Origin: an uncultured Actinomycetes bacterium
Lineage (GTDB): Bacteria; Actinomycetota; Thermoleophilia; UBA2241
Direction: 5' to 3'
DNA length: 64,000 nucleotides
NCBI GenBank assembly: GCA_963709345.1
Contig: CAVPVX010000001.1
Span: 128,001 to 192,000 of the forward strand
Below, piece after piece: positions 59,303-64,000 of this stretch. The notes under the pieces were generated by a model. It was not told the origin of the DNA, did not search any database, and was given only the letters and a program-made list of their open reading frames with translations. Each line of letters starts with the position of its first letter. Positions within the stretch are counted from its first letter, which is position 1. Both the position numbers and the translations under genes were made by a program.

Positions 59303-60121
59303 TCAGATGGTCGGCGTCACCGGCGTGGTCTCCGCGCCGCCGGGGGCCGTCTCACCGTCGAGGGAGGGCTCGCCGCCGCCGAAGCCGCCGCCGGGGCCCA
59401 TGAGCCCGCCGTCATTGAACCCGCTCTTGAACCCGCCGTCCATCGAGCCGCCGTCCATGCCGCCGCCGCGCTTGCCGAAGAACCCGGCGCGGCCTTCCGG
59501 CAGCTCGACGCCGTACTTGGCGGCCAGCTTCTTCATGGCGCTGCCGGCGTCCTCGCGCAGCGTCTGCATCGCCTCACGAGCCTTGGCGCTGGTGGGGTCG
59601 TCACCGTACTTGTCCCACCATGCGTCCATCGCCTTCTGTTGCGTGTCGCGCACGCTGTTCAGATCCGCGCGAAAGGCGTCGTTGCTCATGAGCTCGCGGA
59701 TCTTCTCGCGGGCCTGCTCGGCCTTCTCGCGGGCCTGCTCCATCGCCGAGGTGTCCACGCCGTACTTTTCGAGCAGGGCGTTCATCTCGGTGCGCTGCGC
59801 CTCGCGCAGCGTCTGCTGTGCCGCACGCGCTTCGGTGCTGGTGGGGTCGTCACCGTACTTGTCCCACCACGCGTCCCTGGCCGTCTGCTGCTTGTCGCGC
59901 TGGGCGTTCAGGTCGGCCCGGAACGCGTCGTCTTTCATCAACTCGCCCAACTGCTGGCGCAGTCCCGTGCCGTCGGCGCCGCTGGTGCTGGTCACGTAAG
60001 ACGTGAGCTCGGCGGCTTCCGCGGTGCTTCCGCCCTTCTGAAGGAGGAACACCCCCCCGATGGTGACGGCGACGGCCGCCGCTCCGATGCATGCAAGGGT
60101 GATCACTCGTCTGTGCTTCAT
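59303..60121 (-). CDS. membrane-anchored helical-repeat protein (Spy/CpxP-like composition)
   Basis: N-terminal TM; two copies of ELM..DAFRADLN..RD.QQ.A.DAWWDKYGDDPTS..AR.A.QTLRE....KYGV; Gly-rich tail. Confidence 0.7.
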   Translation of the reverse strand: MKHRRVITLACIGAAAVAVTIGGVFLLQKGGSTAEAAELTSYVTSTSGADGTGLRQQLGELMKDDAFRADLNAQRDKQQTARDAWWDKYGDDPTSTEARAAQQTLREAQRTEMNALLEKYGVDTSAMEQAREKAEQAREKIRELMSNDAFRADLNSVRDTQQKAMDAWWDKYGDDPTSAKAREAMQTLREDAGSAMKKLAAKYGVELPEGRAGFFGKRGGGMDGGSMDGGFKSGFNDGGLMGPGGGFGGGEPSLDGETAPGGAETTPVTPTI

Positions 60122-60207
60122 GGCCTGCTCCCTTCCTCTCGCGTCTCCGGGCGTCGAGCCCGGGGACCGTCGTTGGCCTGATCACACCGTGAGTGTGCGA
60201 CCCGAGG

Positions 60208-60235
60208 CTGGGATGAGGCTCGGAAGAACCTGAGA
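60208..60235 (-). promoter_or_regulatory. three 11-bp-spaced hexamers (TCTCAG/TCCGAG/TCCCAG); OmpR-family, MprA-like box
   Basis: Minus strand TCTCAG-N5-TCCGAG-N5-TCCCAG followed by a CACACT -10-like element at 60197-60192. Confidence 0.45.
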
Positions 60236-60480
60236 ACCCGGTGAGAGTCGCCGAACGACCCGTGAAGGGCCGGGTCGACGCGCGTCCCGCTCACTGAGAA
60301 AGGCGGCCTCGAGGGCCGCTATTCCGTGGGCCAGGTCACAGGATCGGTGACGTTCGTCTTCATCATCGCGGCTTTGCCGCACGCCGGGCAGGTCAAGCGC
60401 TTCGTCGACATCACGTGCACCAGCGTGGGATGCCACGGCTCTTCGAAGACCACGCCGCATGTACCGCCGCAGGACGCGGG

Positions 60481-60905
60481 TCAAGCACCGGCTCTCTCGA
60501 GCGCGTCGTCCAGATCCTCAAGGAGACCCCGATCACGTATCTGGCTGATGACCACCACCGTGTCGCCGAATGTGTACACCAAGGCGTTCGGCAGCCGTCG
60601 CATGGGATACTGGATCCGCGAGAAGGCCGCGTCGCGCGCCTCACGACTGTCGAAGGGCAGGACGCCAACGAGCAGCCCCTCTGCGGACGAGCCTGGACGT
60701 GAGACCGTGTACCACGTGGCCTCTTGACCGCCCGGTGCAGATTGGGAGCGGTGCCTTCAGCCGTCACTTCACCACCGGCGGCGCCGACGGCCGCCCGGAT
60801 GTCCGGCGGTGCCGAGGAGAAGTCGTCGTGCCCACAGGCAGCCGGCAAGAAAGCCAGCACGACGACGACGATCGTGAGGACGAGCGCTCGCGATCGGCCG
60901 CTCAT
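60481..60905 (-). pseudogene. lipoprotein with a frameshift near 60722
   Basis: LPAAC lipobox; coding continues in another frame (EATWYTVSRPG..LDDALERAGA*). Confidence 0.55.
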
Positions 60906-61530
60906 GAGGCACCTCCCTTCGGCGTGTCGTCGGCAGGGGGCGTCGCCGCCGGGTCTTCACCGGTCTCTAGATAAGCGGCGGCGTTGTCGGCCACCCACCC
61001 AGGCTTACGGAAGATCCAGATCACGAGCGGTCCGCCGATGGACAACGCGAAGGACAGCGCCAGCAGCAGAAGCGCATACGGTACCGTCCCGATGCCCGTG
61101 ACCACCGACGGCGGCAGCAGGCCGACGATGAACGAGAAGGCGAGTGCCACGATGGCGACGCCGGCGACGATCCACACCCCGGCCATGCCCCCGGGGATGC
61201 GGTACGCGCGCAGCGTGTCGGGCTGCGTGTAGCGCAACTTGATCACCGCCGCGAACATGAAGAAGTACATGATGATGAGGATTTCCGTCGTCACCGCCGA
61301 GAGCACCCAGTAGGCCGAGTTGACCGACGGCATGAGCACGAAGGCGAGAGCGAAGGCCGACGAAATGACCGCCTGGATCAGCAGCACCGCGACCGGCGAC
61401 TGGTGACTGTTGTGCCGCCGCCACACGGGCGGCAGGTCGCCTTGCGCGGCCGCGACGCCGAGACCTTTGGCCGGTCCTCCCAGCCAGGTGCTCAGCTGTG
61501 CGATGGAGCCGACCGCGATCAGCACCGCCA
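60902..61530 (-). pseudogene. C-terminal half of an APC/GadC-like amino acid permease
   Basis: STWLGGPAKGL..GDLPP..SPVAVLLIQ, MFAAVIKLRY..RAYRIPGG; the N-terminal half is missing. Confidence 0.7.
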
Positions 61531-61817
61531 TCGGTGGTGTGGAACGACCGGCAGGGAAGCGGGACACACGTGCATGACATTCATGCGGCGAAGGTCGACT
61601 GGACGACGCACACGGTCGGCACGCCATTCGCGATCGCCGCGGCCCCCGGGAAGACGGAAGCGCGGCCGGCTGTCTCCCGCGTCTCGACGGACGCGTAGTA
61701 CGTCGTCTGGCTCGAGAGCGGTGGCGGCGGAGACGGCACCGACCTGGCGACCAACACGCAGAGCAAGATCGGTCGCAGCCCGTTGCGCGTGCGCCGAGGG
61801 CGACGCGGCCGGCGACT

Positions 61818-62747
61818 CTACTCCAGACGCGCGCCGACGGCCAGCCCGGTGCCGGCGACCCACTCGCCGGCCGGCATCTTGGCGCCGCCGTCCGGCCGCA
61901 CGCGCGCAACGTGCACGCGGCCGTCGGCGCAGACGACCGTGAAGCCGGCGTCCGAGACCTCAGCGACCTCGCCGGCCGCGCCGGCGATACCCGCGGGGTC
62001 GCGGGCCAGCAGCGGGGTCGTCGAGAAGATCTGGAGGACCTGGCCACCGCACGTGGTCCAGGCGCCCGGCGCCGGGTCGCAGCCGCGGACCAGATCGTGG
62101 ATCTGCCGACACGGTCTTCCCCAGTCGAGGCGCGCGTTCTCGCGCTCGCACGGGGCCTCGTACGACGCCCGCGACTCGTCCTGCCGAGTCCGAGGCGCCT
62201 TCCCCGCGGCGATGAGGTCGACAGCCTCGAGCAGCGCCTCCACACCCATCGGGAGTAGTCGCTCGAAGTAGACGGAGCCGAGCGTGTCGGTGGCCGAGAT
62301 CGGCGTCCGCCTCTGCAGCAGCACGTCACCGGTGTCGATGCCTCCGTCCGGCCAGAAGATCGAGAGTCCCGTCTCGGTCTCGCCTTGGATGATCGGCCAG
62401 TTGATGGCGCTCCGCCCCCGGTGCTTCGGCAGGAGGGACGGGTGGTACTGGATCGTGCCGTGCGTCGGGATGCTCAAGAACTCCTCCGGCACGACCAGTG
62501 TGACGAACGCCATCACCTGCAGATCGGGCGCCAGGGCGCGGAACTCGTCCCACACGGCCGGGACGCGATAGGAGGCCGGCTGAGCGACCGGGAGTCCGGC
62601 TGCGAGTGCGGCCTCCTTGAGCGGATCCGGCCTGCCGCCCGCCTGCGCGGGCGCGGCGTAGACGGCGACGACGTCGTAGTCGCGCCCGAGCAGCGCCTCG
62701 AGCACCGCCTTGCCGAAGGCCTGCTGCCCGTGCACCACGATGCGCAT
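61818..62747 (-). CDS. formyltransferase family protein (Fmt / 10-formyl-THF hydrolase-like)
   Basis: MRIVVHGQQAFG, GTIQYHPSLLPKHRGRSAINW, DGGIDTGD, VRGCDPAPGAW. Confidence 0.85.
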   Translation of the reverse strand: MRIVVHGQQAFGKAVLEALLGRDYDVVAVYAAPAQAGGRPDPLKEAALAAGLPVAQPASYRVPAVWDEFRALAPDLQVMAFVTLVVPEEFLSIPTHGTIQYHPSLLPKHRGRSAINWPIIQGETETGLSIFWPDGGIDTGDVLLQRRTPISATDTLGSVYFERLLPMGVEALLEAVDLIAAGKAPRTRQDESRASYEAPCERENARLDWGRPCRQIHDLVRGCDPAPGAWTTCGGQVLQIFSTTPLLARDPAGIAGAAGEVAEVSDAGFTVVCADGRVHVARVRPDGGAKMPAGEWVAGTGLAVGARLE

Positions 62748-63058
62748 CCCGATCCCTCCCGTTCGCGACGGTCGCCCGGGCCGCGGCGTCCGGCAGCCGT
62801 CTCTCGTCGATGACCCTCCGCCAGATGGTATCGGAGATGAACCGTCGTGCGCAGCGAGCGCCGGCGTCAGCGTGCCGTTCGGGACAGCAGCCGCCAACCC
62901 ACCGACGGCGTCTGCCACGAGCGGTGCCACAACGACGCGAACGAGCGCGCGGAGCACAAGTGCGACGCGCGCATCTGCGTGCTCGTCAACCCGCTGCAGG
63001 CCCCGGACGGGGCGGGCGGGACGCTCCGTGCCGCCCTCCCGCCCGCCCTGAGGTCGAG

Positions 63059-63520
63059 CTACAGTCCGAAGCGCACGGTGAGGGTGTAGGTGCCACTCCC
63101 GCTCTCCAAGCCGTAGACGCGAGCTTCGTACTTCCCCGAGCCGGCGATCGTGTAGGTGAGGGCGTCGTCGTCCGAATACCTCTCTTCCCACTCCGCGAGC
63201 ACGGCGCCGGTCGCGACCTCCACCAGCTTGAGAAGCGGCACAAAGCCGTCGGCGCCGACCTCGACGACGACGACGTCCCCGATCTCGGCGTCGAACTCGT
63301 ACGCGTCGTAGGGCAGGCCGGCGTGGTCCGGATCGCGCGTGTCGCCGGGCCCGATCGAACCCGACTCCTCGAGTACCGGCGGCGAGTGATCACCCGTCGT
63401 GTCCGCCGCCTTCCCGCAGCCCACAAGAAGGCCCACCGAGAGACCGGCCGCCAGCAGCATCAGGATGGCACGAGTCGCGCGCCGCGGGATCCGGTCTTCC
63501 CGTCCACCTGTCGATGTCAT
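63059..63520 (-). CDS. lipoprotein with a PPC (pre-peptidase C-terminal)-like domain
   Basis: LLVGC lipobox; YDAYEF, SGKYEARV, GTYTLTV. Confidence 0.65.
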   Translation of the reverse strand: MTSTGGREDRIPRRATRAILMLLAAGLSVGLLVGCGKAADTTGDHSPPVLEESGSIGPGDTRDPDHAGLPYDAYEFDAEIGDVVVVEVGADGFVPLLKLVEVATGAVLAEWEERYSDDDALTYTIAGSGKYEARVYGLESGSGTYTLTVRFGL

Positions 63521-63544
63521 GAGTACGCACCTCCTTGGGGGCCG

Positions 63545-64000
63545 TCAGGACGAACGCTCGCGAACCACCGCCGCGACATCGATCCTGTCGACGGCGCGAA
63601 GCACCGGCCACTGTGACACCAGCGCGGCGACGATCAGGATCACCGCGACCAGCAGCGGCGTCGCCGGGCGCAGAGCCAGATCGAAGGAGAACAGGTCACT
63701 GCTGAAGGAGGCCATGAACGCCTTCGCCGCGTAGTAGCCGATGATCAGGCCCGGAACGATGCCGATCAGCGTGAGCAGCAGGTTCTCGCTCGAGACGAGC
63801 AGGGTCAGCCCCCAGCGTCCCATGCCGGCGGCACGCAGTGACGCCAGTTCCGTGAGGCGTTCGGAGATGTTGGCGGCCATCGTCGTGTAGATGAGCGCGA
63901 AGGCCATCACGCCCCCGAGCACCACCATGAGCCCGACGAACGCGTAGAAGAGCCCCATGTACGACTGCATCGTGTCGTAGATCGCCTGCGAATCGACCAC
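63545..64000 (-). CDS. ABC transporter permease (FtsX/MacB-like), 3' part only
   Basis: ISERLTELASLRAAG, ENLLLTLIG..GLIIG, IDVAAVVRER. Confidence 0.85.
   Translation of the reverse strand: MVDSQAIYDTMQSYMGLFYAFVGLMVVLGGVMAFALIYTTMAANISERLTELASLRAAGMGRWGLTLLVSSENLLLTLIGIVPGLIIGYYAAKAFMASFSSDLFSFDLALRPATPLLVAVILIVAALVSQWPVLRAVDRIDVAAVVRERSS

Noticed and set aside
62830-63050. CHERCH-containing short frame (possible cytochrome fragment)
   Set aside because: No clear start and frameshifted; too little evidence.
1-64000. CRISPR arrays, rRNA, transposases, integrases
   Set aside because: No regularly spaced repeats or recognisable motifs were seen by eye.

Overview
Very GC-rich bacterial DNA, most consistent with an Actinomycetota lineage such as Thermoleophilia or Coriobacteriia; this is inferred from GC content, leaderless-type promoters, a BldC-like HTH and an MMPL transporter. 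The left half (1-37 kb) is mostly intact housekeeping and C1 genes. It holds two SDRs ahead of a probable second gcvPA at the window edge, a giant HTH-7xGAF-HD-GYP-Cache-like-GGDEF protein, and a selD(Sec, in-frame UGA)-orf-selA-selB operon. It also holds a glycine-riboswitch-controlled gcvH-gcvPA-gcvPB-lipoyl ligase-lpdA-lipA operon with no gcvT, plus MMPL and pyk. The right half (37-64 kb) is accessory and carries many frameshifted or truncated genes. Its most notable content is an intact two-gene form II RuBisCO + phosphoribulokinase cassette (cbbM-prk) of proteobacterial type with no cbbR or other cbb genes. Also there: PocR-sensor kinases, an ArsC-like protein lacking its catalytic Cys, and a tRNA 3'-half att-like scar with tandem arm-type repeats near 57 kb. 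All calls come from reading the sequence and motifs; no database searches were run.
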